Source: Antedon mediterranea (Eukaryota; Animalia; Echinodermata). From it: a stretch of 64,000 bases of DNA. Shown piece by piece: positions 1 to 12,529 of this stretch (positions are counted from its first letter, which is position 1; every line of letters begins with the position of its first letter). The stretch spans positions 24,477,175 to 24,541,174 of the forward strand of contig NC_092677.1 of NCBI RefSeq assembly GCF_964355755.1, given 5' to 3'. Under the pieces are notes generated by a model that saw only the letters and a program-made list of their open reading frames with translations, did no database searches and was not told where the DNA came from. Position numbers and translations under genes: made by a program.

Positions 1-129
1 ACTGTGGTCTAGAGCCTCAATAACGTATCACTGTGTGCGTGTATGGCGAAGCTTATACGTTACCGGACACAAGTCGAATACATTTGTTTTAAAGAAAATC
101 TTATTTTAGAACTTATTAAATTATTATTA

Positions 130-207
130 ACAAGGCATATTCATGGCTGCAGTCGCGTGCTCAAGTTAGTGTTTACCAACCAACCGACCGAAAAACGCGA
201 CTCAAAA
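130..207 (+). repeat. Short interspersed element with (ACCG/ACCA)n microsatellite, Helentron/HINE-like
   Basis: catggctgcagtcgcgtgctcaagttagtgtttacc is shared with 11910-11946. It contains an agtcgcgt...acgcgact inverted pair. Confidence 0.55.
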
Positions 208-469
208 GCTAAGCATTAAAACTAATGGGATACTAAAACTCATGATACAATACATTCTAATTAATAGTTTATGATACTTTCTGTTTTCTTTATTTTAAAT
301 TTTAAGGTTGTAACCGTATGTTATGTTGAATGTAAAATTAATTTTAAGAGGATAATTAATATTTAAAGTCTTGCAAATTTACCATCTTTGAATTATTTTA
401 AAAATAATGTTTGATTTATACAACAGACCTACTGTACAAATTAATTTTTTATTAGTGTTTTTTTATTGG

Positions 470-1005
470 TGAACATCGACGAATAGGTCTGTATGCCTAT
501 ACTTCACATACAAAATGTTCAGTCTATCCACAGGGTTGTTATAACAGTGGCATACTACTTAGTGAAGTAACTTGTTTGCCATGGAACATGAATACAGTTA
601 CAGAACTCATTGAGTATAATAAACAAAGCACTATATCAAAATTGTAAGTATTACAGTGTATGTACTTATTGTGTAGCCATAGAATATATACAGTATATAA
701 TATACATAGTGAGATTACGGGTTCCATATGTTCTAATGGCATGATGACGTTATCCAAATCAAACATGAAGATGACAATTTCGGAAAATAATGATTCGAGC
801 TAAAAGATATATGATTTTGAAGAAAATTGGACACGTAGAAGCGCGAAGCGCGCTGTTTTAGATTTGTATAACTGACAAAAGCTTTCAAAATAAGTTATAA
901 ACACCAAGGTCACCTCTAATTACTGAAGGGCTAAAAATATACGGTGTAAGTGAAATTACGCGATCAATGTTGTTCAAATTTTTAGGCGTGATGACGTCAT
1001 TAAAA
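470..1005 (-). repeat. Diverged inverted copy of the interspersed repeat at ~34780-35390
   Basis: gaagatgacaatttcggaaaataat (767-791) is the reverse complement of attatctttcgaaattgtcatcttc (~35093-35117). Further colinear matches lie on both sides. Confidence 0.65.
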
Positions 1006-1611
1006 TGAGATTGGTGGAACTACACGATTCAGTAACTTTTATGTTGGTTCAATGGGGTTTGCTATGTTTTTTTAGAGTTTGCGGGGTTTGGTAATTATTT
1101 TAAACCAAAAGGTGATGTTTTACCCCAAAAATAAGTAGTTAACAACAATTTTGTGTTTGTTTAATTGACACAAAGTTTGTAGTACACTACACGATTCAGT
1201 AACTTTTATGTTGGTTTGATGGAGTTTTCTATGTTTCTAAGGTTTGCGGGGTTTACGGTGATTACCAATACCCAATGTATACATTTGTCAAATAAATCAG
1301 AAATGGTCTACAGACCTGTCAAGAGTATCAAGAAAAACAATCAGAATTGTACATCGTCCAAGATAGACCATTATTTATTATTTAGGTTTTTCCAAAAACC
1401 CGGGTGAAAAGGACTGATTCTGCTGAAGGAGAGAACTGCCTAATAAAGACTACATTAGTTTTAAAAAAAGAAGAAAAAAAAAACATTGCATTTTGTAATT
1501 CTCACACTCTTGGCCCTTAACGTTTATTTCTGTTTGTTTTTATATTTATTTATTTAAATTTTCTTTTGCATTTCACAACTTTAATAAATTAATTATTGAT
1601 GGTGATTTTGA

Positions 1612-4600
1612 TTGAATAATTAAAAAAAATGTTGATTGTCTTTTTAATTGTTTAATGAATTATTTAGCAGCATAATATATGGTATAATTAATAAAACAAT
1701 ATCTTTTACAACTTATAAGGGGTTTGAATAACAATGAAATTAGTACATTGACAGCCAATGCATTCTCTGGTTTGGAATCATTGGAATGGCTGTAAGTGAC
1801 GTTGATTATGTTTACATACCTATGACGTTAATCATAATGTTGTTTACTGCACAATATACACACATTTAACAAAATTATTTTAAAACTAGTACATAAATAT
1901 ATGCCAGTGCTTATTGTGTCATATTCTAAATTAAATTCCTCATATTAAACTGTATGAAAGCAAACTTGAGCCTGAAACTGTAAAGGCTTTCCGTTGCAAA
2001 ATGTAAAATTAAATGGTGAGTTTAGCAATTATTTGCTGATATGTTCACAATGATGTATAAATGTGTTATTGTCAGAAGTCTTAATAAATGTGATAGTTCA
2101 TTGCAAAGCATCCACATCAGCCTATATTTATTTATTTGAATAATTAAAAAAAATGTTGATTGTCTTTTAATTGTTTAATGAATTATTTAGCAGTATAATA
2201 TGGTATAATTAATAAAACTATATCTTTTAAATTTAACAACTTTTAAGGTGGTTTTTCGACAATCAAATTAGTACATTGACAGCCAATGCATTCGCTGGTT
2301 TGGAATCATTGGAAAAACTGTAAGTGACGTTGTTTATGTTTACATACCTATGACGTTAATCTTAATGTTATTTACTGCACAATATACACATATTTAAAAA
2401 CAATATTTTTAAACTAGTACATAAATATAGGCCAATGCTAATTGTGTCATATTCAAAATGAAATTAGTCAATATTAAACTGTATGAAAGCATACTTGAGC
2501 CTGAAATTGTAAAGGCTTTCCGTTGCAAAAGGTAAATTAAATGGCGAGTTTAGCAATTATTTTCTGTTAATCACACAATGATGTATAAATGTGTTATTGT
2601 CAGAAATCTTAATAAAGGTGATAATTCATTGCAAAAAATCCACATCAGTCTATATTTAATTTATATTTCAATAATATAAAAATGGTTAATTGTTATATTT
2701 AATAAGTATTTAGCAGCATAGTAGGCCTGTGGTGTAATGAATAAAACAACAATACATACAATATGTGATGTAAGATATATGATGTGTGCTTTTTTAATGA
2801 AGTCAAATCGTTCAATTAAATAACAGGAAATATTCAGGTGTTATATAGTATGCTATAATTAATAAAACTATCTTTTACATTTCATAATTTTAAAGGTGGT
2901 TGCAAAGCAATCAAATTACTACATTGACAGCCAATGCATTTGCTGGTTTGGAATCATTGAAAGAACTGTAAGTGTTATTCTTCATCATATCCACATACGT
3001 ATTTCCATATATATCATGTTTTATACACATTACACATATTTAAAACTAGTACATAAATATAGGACAATGCTTATTGTGTCATATTCTAAATTAAATTCCT
3101 CAATAATAAACTGTATGAAAGCAAACTTGAGCCTGAAACTGTAAAGGCTTTCCGTTGCAAAATGTAAAATTAAATGGCGAGTTTAGCAATTAATTGCTGA
3201 TATGGTCACAATGATTGTAAAAATGTGTTATTGTCAGAAATCTTAACAAATCAAAGCATCCACATCAGCCTATATTTATTCATTTGAATAATTAAAAAAA
3301 ATGTTGATTGTCTTTTAATTGTTTAATGAATTATTTAGCAGTATAATATGGTATAATTAATAAAACTTTCATATTTCACAACTTTTAAGGTGGTTGTACA
3401 ACAATCAAATTAGAACATTGACAGCCAATACATTTGCTGGTTTGGAATCATTGGAAGGACTGTAAGTGACGTTGTTTATGTTTACATACCAATGAAGGTA
3501 ATCCTAATGTTATTTACTGCACAATATACACACATTTAAAACAATATTTTAAACTAGTACATAAATATAGGCCAATGCTTATTGTGTCATTATTCAAAAT
3601 GAAATTCGTCAATAATAAACTGTATGAAAGCAAACTTGAGCCTGAAACTGTAAAGGCTTTTCGTTGCAAAATGTAAATTTATATGGCGAGTTTAGCAATT
3701 ATTTTCTGTTAATCACACAATGATGTATAAATGTGTTATTGTCAGAAATCTTAATAAAGGTGATAATTCATTGCAAAAAATCCACATCAGCCTATGTTTA
3801 ATTTATATTTCAATAATCTAAAAATGGTTCATTGTTATATTTAATAAGTATTTAGCAGCATAGTAGGCCTGTGGTGTAATGAATAAAACAACAATACACA
3901 CAATATGTGATGTAAGATATATGATGTGTGCTTTTTTAATGAAGTCAAATCGTTCAATCAAATAACAGGAAATATTCAGGTGTTATATAGTATGCTATAA
4001 TTAATAAAAACTATCTTTTACATTTCATAATTTTGAAGGTTGTTGTACAACAATCAAATTAGTACATTGACAGCCAATGCATTCGCTGGTTTGAAAGCAT
4101 TGGATAGTCTGTAAGTGACGTTGTTTATGTTTACATACCTATGACGTTAATCTTAATGTTATTTACTGCACAATATACACACATTTAAAAACAATATTTT
4201 AAAACTAGTACATACATATATAGGCCAATGCTTATTGTGTCATATTCTAAATTAAATTCCTCAATATTAAACTGTATGAAAGCAAACTTGAGCCTGAAAC
4301 TGTAAAGACTTTCCGTTGCAAAATGTAAATTAAATGGTGAGTTTAGCAATTATTTGCTGATATGCTCACAATGATGTATAAAAGTGTTATTGTCAGAAAT
4401 CACAATAAAGGTGATGATTCATTGCAAAGCATCCACATCAACCTATATTTATTCATGAATTATTTAGCAGTAATATGGTATAATTAATAAAACTGTCATA
4501 TTTCACACCTTTAAAGGTCGTTAAGCAGAAATCAAATTAGTACATTGACAGAGAATGCATTTGCTGGTTTGGAATCATTGGATAGTCTGTAAGTGACGTT

Positions 4601-7600
4601 GTTTATGTTTACATACCTATGACGTTAACCGTAATGTTATTTACTGCACAATATACACATATTTACAAAACAATATTTTAAACTAGTACATAAATATAGA
4701 CCAATGCTTATTGTGTCATATTCTAAATTAAATTCCTTAATATTAAACTGTATGAAAGCAAACTTGAGCTTGAAACTGTAAAGGCTTTCCGTTTCAAAAT
4801 GTAAATTAAATGGCGAGTTTAGCAATTATTTTCTGTTAATCACACAATGATGTATAAATGTGTTATTGTCAGAAATCTCAATAAAGGTGATAATTCATTG
4901 CAAAAAATCCCCATCAGTCTATATTTAATTTATATTTAAATAATCTAAAAATGGTTCATTGTTATATTTAATAAGTATTTAGCAGCATAGTAAGCCTGTG
5001 GTGTAATGAATAAAACAACAATATACACAATATGTATACATAGATATATGGTGTGTGCTTTTTTAATGAAGTCATATCGTTCAATCAAATAACAGAAAAT
5101 TATTTAGGTGTTATATAGTATGGTATAATTAATAAAACTATCTTTTACATTTCATAATTTTGAAGGAGGTTGCAAAGCAATCAAATTAGTACATTGACAG
5201 CCAATGCATTTGCTGGTTTGGAATCATTGCAAAGGCTGTAAGTGTTATTCTTCATCATATCCACATACGTACTTTCATATATATCATGTTTTATACACAT
5301 TCAAGATAGGGGCCTACACACATTGTACACACATCATAACCTTATTTGGTGAAATACTTAAGTCGACATGGATTATTTTCATAGTAATTCATTATTAGAA
5401 AGAGTAAATCAAACTGAGTATTTTATTAGTTTGTTACCAAACTAGGTAACAAATGTAACAATAGAGGAATATTTAGCAGTGTATAGCATATGAATCAAAT
5501 TTAAGTAAGTAAGCTATAAGATTTAATAAGAAATTGTTAATTTTATTCGTATTTATTCATTCATTTCGACACACACTAGCCCTGGTATTTATTCTTACAA
5601 AGTTATTACAATTTAATCTCACTCTTATTTGCTGTGACGAAATAACTCTCCTCATATACACAACTATTTAAAAACAATATTTTAAAACTAGTATATAAAT
5701 ATAGGCCAATTAAATTGTGTCATATTCAAAATAAAATTTCTCAACTGTATAGCAAATTTGAGCCTGAAACTGTAAAGGCTTTAGGAAAATAAGTAAATAG
5801 CCTTTACATACCCTATTTTAAATTCTAAAAAGTCTGACAAAATCTTCAAGTGCAGTCGTGATCGATTAGTGTATTTGGTAAACTGTATGAAGTGAATTTG
5901 TGCCTGAAACTGACAAGGCTTTCCGTTGTAAAATGTAAATTAAATTGTGAGTTTAGCAATTATTTGCTGGTTTTCACACAATGTATTATTGCTATATTGT
6001 CAGAAATATTATTAGGTAAAGTTAATTCATGGCCTATATTATTTTAATTAATCCAATAATCTAAAAATTAGTCATTGTCTTCAATTGAATATTTTGCTAA
6101 AACTATATCTTTTACATTTAACAACTTTTAAGGGGTTTGCAATACAATCAAATTAGTACATTGACAGCCAATACATTCGCTGGTTTGGAATCGTTGAAAG
6201 AACTGTAAGTGACGTTGTTTATGTTTACACACCTATGACGTTAATCCTAATGTTATTTACTCCACAATATACACATATTAAAAAAAAACAATATTTTTAA
6301 ACTAGTACATAAATATATAGGCCAGTGCTTATTGTGTCATATTCAAAATGAAATTCCTCAATATTAAACTGTATGAAAGCAAACTTGAGCCTGAAACTGT
6401 AAAGGCTTTCCGTTGCAAAATGTAAATTAAATGGCGAGTTAAGCCATTATTTTCTGTTAATCACACAATGATGTATAAATGTGTTATTGTCAGAAATCTT
6501 AATAAAGGTGATAATTCATTGCAAAAAATCCATATCAGTCTATATTTAATTTATATTTCAATAATCTAAAAATGGTTCATTGTTATATTTAATGAGTATT
6601 TAGCAGCATAGTAGGCCTGTGGTGTAATGAATAAAACAACAATATACACAATATGTATACATATTTATATGGTGTGTGCTTTTTTAATGAAGTCAAATCA
6701 TTCAATCAAATAACATAAAATATTCAGGTGTTATATAGTATGGTATAATTAATAAAACTATCTTTTAAATTTCATAATTTTGAAGGTTGTTGTACAACAA
6801 TCAAATTAGTACATTGGCAGAGAATGCATTTGCTGGTTTGGAATCACTGAAAGAACTGTAAGTGTTATTCTTCATCATATCCACATACGTATTTCCATAT
6901 ATATCATGTTTTATACACATTACATGTACATACATCGTAACCTTATTTGGTGAAATACTTTTGTCGACATGGATTATTTTTATAATAATTCATTTTTAGA
7001 AAGAGTAAATCAAACTTATTTTTTTAGTTTGTTACCAAATTAGTTAACAAATTTAACAATAGAGGAATATTTAGCATTGTTATAGTCAAATTTAAGTAAG
7101 TAAGCTATAAGATTTAAAAGGAAATTTGTATTCATTCATTTTGACACACACCAGCCCTGGTTTTTATTCTTACAAAGTTATTACAATTTAATCTCACTCT
7201 TATTTGGTGTGACGAACTACCTCTCCTCAAATAAACATATTTAAAAACAATATTTTAAAACTAGTACATTATAGGCCAATGTTTATTGTGTCATATTCAA
7301 AATGAAATTCCTCATTAAACTGTATGAAAGCAAATTTGAGCCTGAAACTGTAAAGGCTTTCCGTTGCAAAATGTAAATTAAATGGCGAGTTTAGCAATTA
7401 TTTTCTGTTAATCACACAATAATGTATAAATGTGTTATTTTCAGAAATCTTAATAAAGGTGATAATTCATTGCAAAAAATCCACATCAGTCTATATTTAA
7501 TTTATATTTCAATAATCTAAAAAATGGTTCATTGTTATATTTAATAAGTATTTAGCAGCATAGTAGGCCTGTGGTGTAATGAATAAAACAACAATACACA

Positions 7601-8190
7601 CAATATGTATACATAGATATATGGTGTTTGCTTTTTTAATGAAGTCATATCGTTCAATCAAATAACATGAAATATTCAGGTGTTATATAGTATGGTATAA
7701 TTAATAAAACTATCTTTTACATTTCATAATTTTGAAGGTGGTTGCAAAGCAATCAAATTAGTACATTGGCAGCCAATGCATTTGCTGGTTTGGAATCATT
7801 GAAAGACCTGTAAGTGTTATTCTTCATCATATCCACATACGTACCTCCATACTGTATATCATGTTTTATACACATTACACACATTGTACATACATCGTAA
7901 CCTTATTTGGTTACTTTTGTCGACATGGATTATTTTCATAATAATTCATTATTGAGTAAATCAAAATTATAGTATTTATTAGTTTGTTACCAATATTAGG
8001 AATATTTAGCATTGTTATAGCCTGTGAATCAAATTTAAGTTAGTAAGCTATAAGATTTAAAAAGACATTTTTAATTTTATTCGTATTTATTCATTCATTT
8101 TGACACACCAGCCCTGGTTTTTATTCTTACAAAGTTATTACAATTTAATCTCACTCTTATTTGTTGTGACGAAATACCTCTCCTCAAAGA
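1612..8190 (+). repeat. Tandem array of exon+intron units, each carrying one 72-bp LRR exon
   Basis: Near-identical intronic blocks (e.g. aaactgtatgaaagcaaacttgagcctgaaactgtaaaggctttccgttgcaaaatg) recur. Exon-start spacings are 528, 648, 494, 649, 478, 649, 967, 653 and 952 bp. Confidence 0.95.
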
Positions 8191-10188
8191 ATTGACCAAT
8201 ATACATTAACTATTAGCTTAATTAAACAGGTATTTACAGGACAACAATATAACTACTATTGATCAAGGCGCCTTCTCTGTTTTTGCCTCATCACTTGGAA
8301 AACTGTAAGTAATTTATTCTGAAATTCATATGCAGTTTCTCGAAATAATTAATCACTTCAATTAGGTACTTTTCTTATGCTATAAACATGTTATCCAAGA
8401 AAAAACGGTATCAACAGGATAGGTTTACATACATTTTTTAAACATGGGTAAATTTTTACATTCATTATTGTATCTGGCTCATTCCATGGAGTTGAACATG
8501 AGAAAGCATTTTAAAAGTTAATCTAACAAGTAGAACAAACAACTTTTTATATAATTAAACATATAAGTAGAAGGATTATCTTAAGTGCCGACGGTGATAA
8601 AAATATTATTTTGAGACTACATTGCATCAGTTAGACACTAAATTGATTGTGGTATACCTTCATGAATACGATATCACTAAAACGACATCGGTGCTATCCA
8701 AATGAGACATACTCGTAGATATTTAGTTACATGTGAGCTACACTCATTGACACTGATTTGATATTTGTTTCCATATTTTTTTTTTTTTTACAGAGACATC
8801 AGACGCAACAATTTACAAGTTTACAGAGAAAGTACTTTTGAAGAATTGAAATATATAACAGAATTGTAAGTATTATGTCGGATTTAGAAATTCTTTATAT
8901 TCATTAAATGATATTTTTATTTTGTTTTAACACAGTTACCAATTCCACATGCATCCCGACAGTGGCCCAACAAAATTGTTTATGTAGGCCTACAGCTTTT
9001 AGGTTATCTTAAATTTCTCCTTCACTTCTATCTTTTAAATTGGTCGTACACGTCATACTTTTACTATACGAGTAGATTTGATTGGCTGTAAAGCAGTCGT
9101 TATTCCACCTGTTATAGAACTAAAACCATTATAAACATTGTTATAGTAGGCTACTACTGTATTTAACAACTTCCATTAAATTCTATTGTTTTTTTTAACA
9201 TAGATATTCAGATTTGTTTCGTCTCTGTTGCCTTGTTGGAGAAATTGAAGTATGTGAGCCTACTGATGCATTTGCGTCATGCGCTGACTTACTAAAGAGA
9301 GAAGTTCTTAGGATTTTGATGTTAGTTATTGGACTGTCATCTTTGATTGGTAACTTTATTGTCATCATATCGCGAAGGATAAACAAAGAAAATAGGTCTA
9401 CAGTTGATTCTATTCTACTCACTAATCTTGCCGCGTCTGACCTCCTGATGGCAATTTATTTGCTGATCATCGCAGGTGCGGATATACACTACAGAGGAAG
9501 GTACGCGAAGGTTGCCAGCGAATGGAAAAACAGCTTTCTCTGCTCTTTTTCCGGTGCTATTTCAACACTGTCTGGGCAGTGTTCCGTGTCAACCTTGATG
9601 CTTATGAGTATTAACCGTGCTATAAACATCATCTATCCATTCAGCACCGAACGGCTCAAACGTACGAAATGCAAAATTATCATCGGTATTGCTTGGCTGG
9701 TATGGCTTGTTATTAGTTTCCTTCCACTGGTAGCTAACAAGTCACATGTCGGCATACCGTATTTTGGCGAGAACTACTACGGAAAACAGAGCGTGTGTCT
9801 CGCGTTGCCACTAACACGACATCGATTACCAGGCTGGGAGTACGCCACTGCCATATTCATCGCATTCAATGGCTTGGGTTTTTTTGTTATCGCAGCAAGT
9901 TATTTGACGATTTTACTCTCCGTTAAGAGATCTGCAATCACGGCTAACAGAATGCAGAGACGAGAAGAGGAAATCGAAATGGCCGTGAAACTAGGGTTTA
10001 TTGTTTTCACCGATTTCTGTTGCTGGTTTCCCATCATAGTAATGGGAATTTGTTCAGAGATGGAGTGGTGGAGAATTCCTGATGATATATACGTTTGGGC
10101 AGCAACATTTATAATTCCCATTAACTCATCAGTAAACCCATATCTTTACACAATTATCTATATGTGTAAAACCGAGCGCAGGCCATAA
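1720..10188 (+). CDS. LRR-containing GPCR (type C LGR, RXFP/GRL101-like), 5'-partial, 13 exons in the window
   Basis: Exons 1720-1791, 2248-2319, 2896-2967, 3390-3461, 4039-4110, 4517-4588, 5166-5237, 6133-6204, 6786-6857, 7738-7809 (72 bp each), 8230-8304 (75 bp, YLQDNNITTIDQGAFSVFASSLGKL), 8794-8865 (DIRRNNLQVYRESTFEELKYITEL) and 9204-10188. All have AG acceptors, internal exons have GTAAGT donors, all junctions are phase 2 and the frame is open throughout. The last exon has an LGR-C hinge (LCC...CEPTDAFASCADLL) and 7TM motifs (GN, NLAASD, CLALP, FTDFCCWFP, INSSVNPYLY). The N-terminus lies upstream of the window. Confidence 0.92.
9204..10188 (+). CDS. Terminal exon of the LGR: hinge plus rhodopsin-class 7TM domain
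   Basis: ORF 9214-10188. The real boundary is the acceptor ttttttaacatag|a at 9204. Seven hydrophobic segments, NPYLY motif and a very short C-tail. Confidence 0.95.
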
Positions 10189-11486
10189 AGCTGACATTCT
10201 TCGTGCTTTCTCAGTTTGTTTATTTACTACATTTATTTATTCAATTTTGTTTCACAAGGGTAGCTCTAACAGCTGTCTTGAAGAGGCCCTTTTAAAAACA
10301 TTATACAATTATACAAAAAGACATTCAAACCTCAAATTACAAGTATATTCATAAAGCCTGTTTTCCTGTCGATCGTTAAGTTGCGTTGAGTTGACATATT
10401 CAACGATTTGACAGGAAAAGGGGGTAAAAAATCAACGTTACAAATCGTTAAATTCTGAAATCATAAAATTACAAGTAGATTCATAAAGTTAAAATTCAGG
10501 TTTTTAAAAAGGTAAAACATTACAACTTAAAATATTAAAATTTACGAAGTAATTTATTGTTGCAAACTACTACATCAAGAAACTAAAAGAAAATTACTAC
10601 ATTTGAGTTTTGAACTCTGAACTTTTATTTTTTAGTTATTCTTGATTTTAGTGTTTTTTATCAGATATTATTCGGAGTTTGTATTCGTGAGTATTGGGTA
10701 AACTGTGACGGGTACAAGTAGTACCATTAGGGCGTTTTATGATTGTTTGAAGAATTATAGGCATATTTATTTCATTAAACACCATTGTAACATATGACGA
10801 AAGTATTTAATATGTTGTTTTTTTAGCTACATTGTTTGTCTTGATAAATGTGTAGTTTAGACAGATTAGGTTGGTTGATTGTAAAGTATAGTAATTATCC
10901 AATTTATTACAAATTGAATATTATCTTTGTTATTTTTGTGATCTTTGTGAATATTTTGTATATAAAGATACATTTGCATAATTAGTTTCGTTGTTTATTT
11001 AATTTTTTAAGATATTGAGAGTATCACAAAAAACAAACAAACAGATTTAGTATAGATTGAGATGTGCACAAACTAGTAAGATTTGCTATCAGTCTTGTGT
11101 TTTGTCTTTTAACTTTGTAACTGTTTGTTTGTCTGTATTCAATTCATCCTATGTACGTTTAATTATTCACGTTTTTATTCAAACTTTGCATTTAGATCAA
11201 CAAAATACTTTCTTTATTATCTGTAATAAACAGCTATATACTGTGTCGGAATACTAATAAATATTAGATGGAAAAGAATTATTGTATCTTTATAATTATT
11301 TGGTTCTTACAGTAGGCCTATATTCATAATTACGATTGTTGTAATTCGAATGCGCAGTTATTCCATTCCGTATACTTTTAAGATGCAGTATATAGTTTGG
11401 TACGGCAACCTAATGTGTCTGCACAAGACAGCGTAAAGAAATACAAAACAGAGGTTGGTGAAGAATAATATGATAATATCTGTCTG

Positions 11487-11890
11487 ATGTGTGAGAAGAG
11501 TTTGTCTTCTCATCGTAAAACATTTGATAAAGTTATGCGTCGTATTACAGAAACTGATGTACAACATGTGATTGCTATCTATGAACTATATTTACTAGAA
11601 TTTAAATGGGATTTAGTATTTCATTTAGAGAAAGAACTCAAATTTGACTCAACGGGTAAGTTTGCGAGTTTTGCCAATCAGTTGAATACTACTGGGTACG
11701 TTATGGACAAATGAAATGCTAAATTTAGGCCTATTTTTGTCTTTTTTTCATTCAAGAATAAATTATCCGAAACTTTTTCACAGCACAACAGAAAAGAAAA
11801 TTTCAAAATCCAAACAGGAAACAGACAACGTACTGGAACGCACATTTTGGGAATAATTACATTTCACAGATGTTTACTGATACAAAACTA
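11487..11890 (+). pseudogene. NLR copy A remnant: second DED plus the start of the NACHT exon
   Basis: SLSSHRKTFDKVMRRITE...FKWDLVFHLEKELK aligns with copies B and D. 11757-11890 aligns with the start of the copy D NACHT exon (acatttcacagatgtttactgat vs acatttcacagatgtttaccgat). Truncated at both ends. Confidence 0.8.
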
Positions 11891-11895
11891 ACTGC

Positions 11896-12014
11896 AAAAA
11901 GGCCATATACATGGCTGCAGTCGCGTGCTCAAGTTAGTGTTTACCGACCAACCGACCGACCAACCAACCGACCGACATAGTGAGCTGTAGAGTCACGTTG
12001 CGCGCGTCTAAAAA
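11896..12014 (+). repeat. Short interspersed element with (ACCG/ACCA)n microsatellite, Helentron/HINE-like
   Basis: Second copy of the 130-207 element. It sits where the NLR copy A remnant ends. Confidence 0.55.
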
Positions 12015-12529
12015 CAGGTATAAATACCTTCAGGGGTGTGCATTTTGTTAAACTGTCGACTGCAGAAAAAGGGCGGATAAGAATGACAGAAACATAAACA
12101 GAAATGTTTTGGGGAATAACACTAGGCTTACTGAAAGATGGCAGAATTGCATCCAAAGATGTTCATTATTTTGTTCTATATGCTAGGCTTCATCATCATT
12201 CGCTATTCTAAATAGACCACCATAAATAAATATCACGTGACCCGCTTCGAATCTAGTTGTACAGTTTTGTTTGTTTGAGGAGGACTTATTTTATATCGTT
12301 AGCATCAGACAGCGTAGTACAATTATTACCCGGTATACCCGCCCTAAACTATGGTACATCACACAGCCAGACATACGTATCAACATGAATGTACGACATT
12401 CGTCCCGTCACCGAAAAAAGAGACAATGGGTTGTACGCCAATACATCTTTAAAACAGCATAGGCCTAACCGTAATATTATTTCACTACAGGTTTTCCATA
12501 AAATTTAATTGCAAAATGTAAAGTATTTT

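Noticed and set aside
1612-8190. Reading the array as non-coding satellite, and ORFs 2896-3144, 4637-4825 and 5204-5398
   Set aside because: Each unit holds an in-frame LRR exon with splice sites. The listed ORFs are off-frame or antisense read-throughs.
9195-10121. Minus-strand ORFs 9195-9422 and 9900-10121
   Set aside because: Antisense shadows of the GPCR exon.
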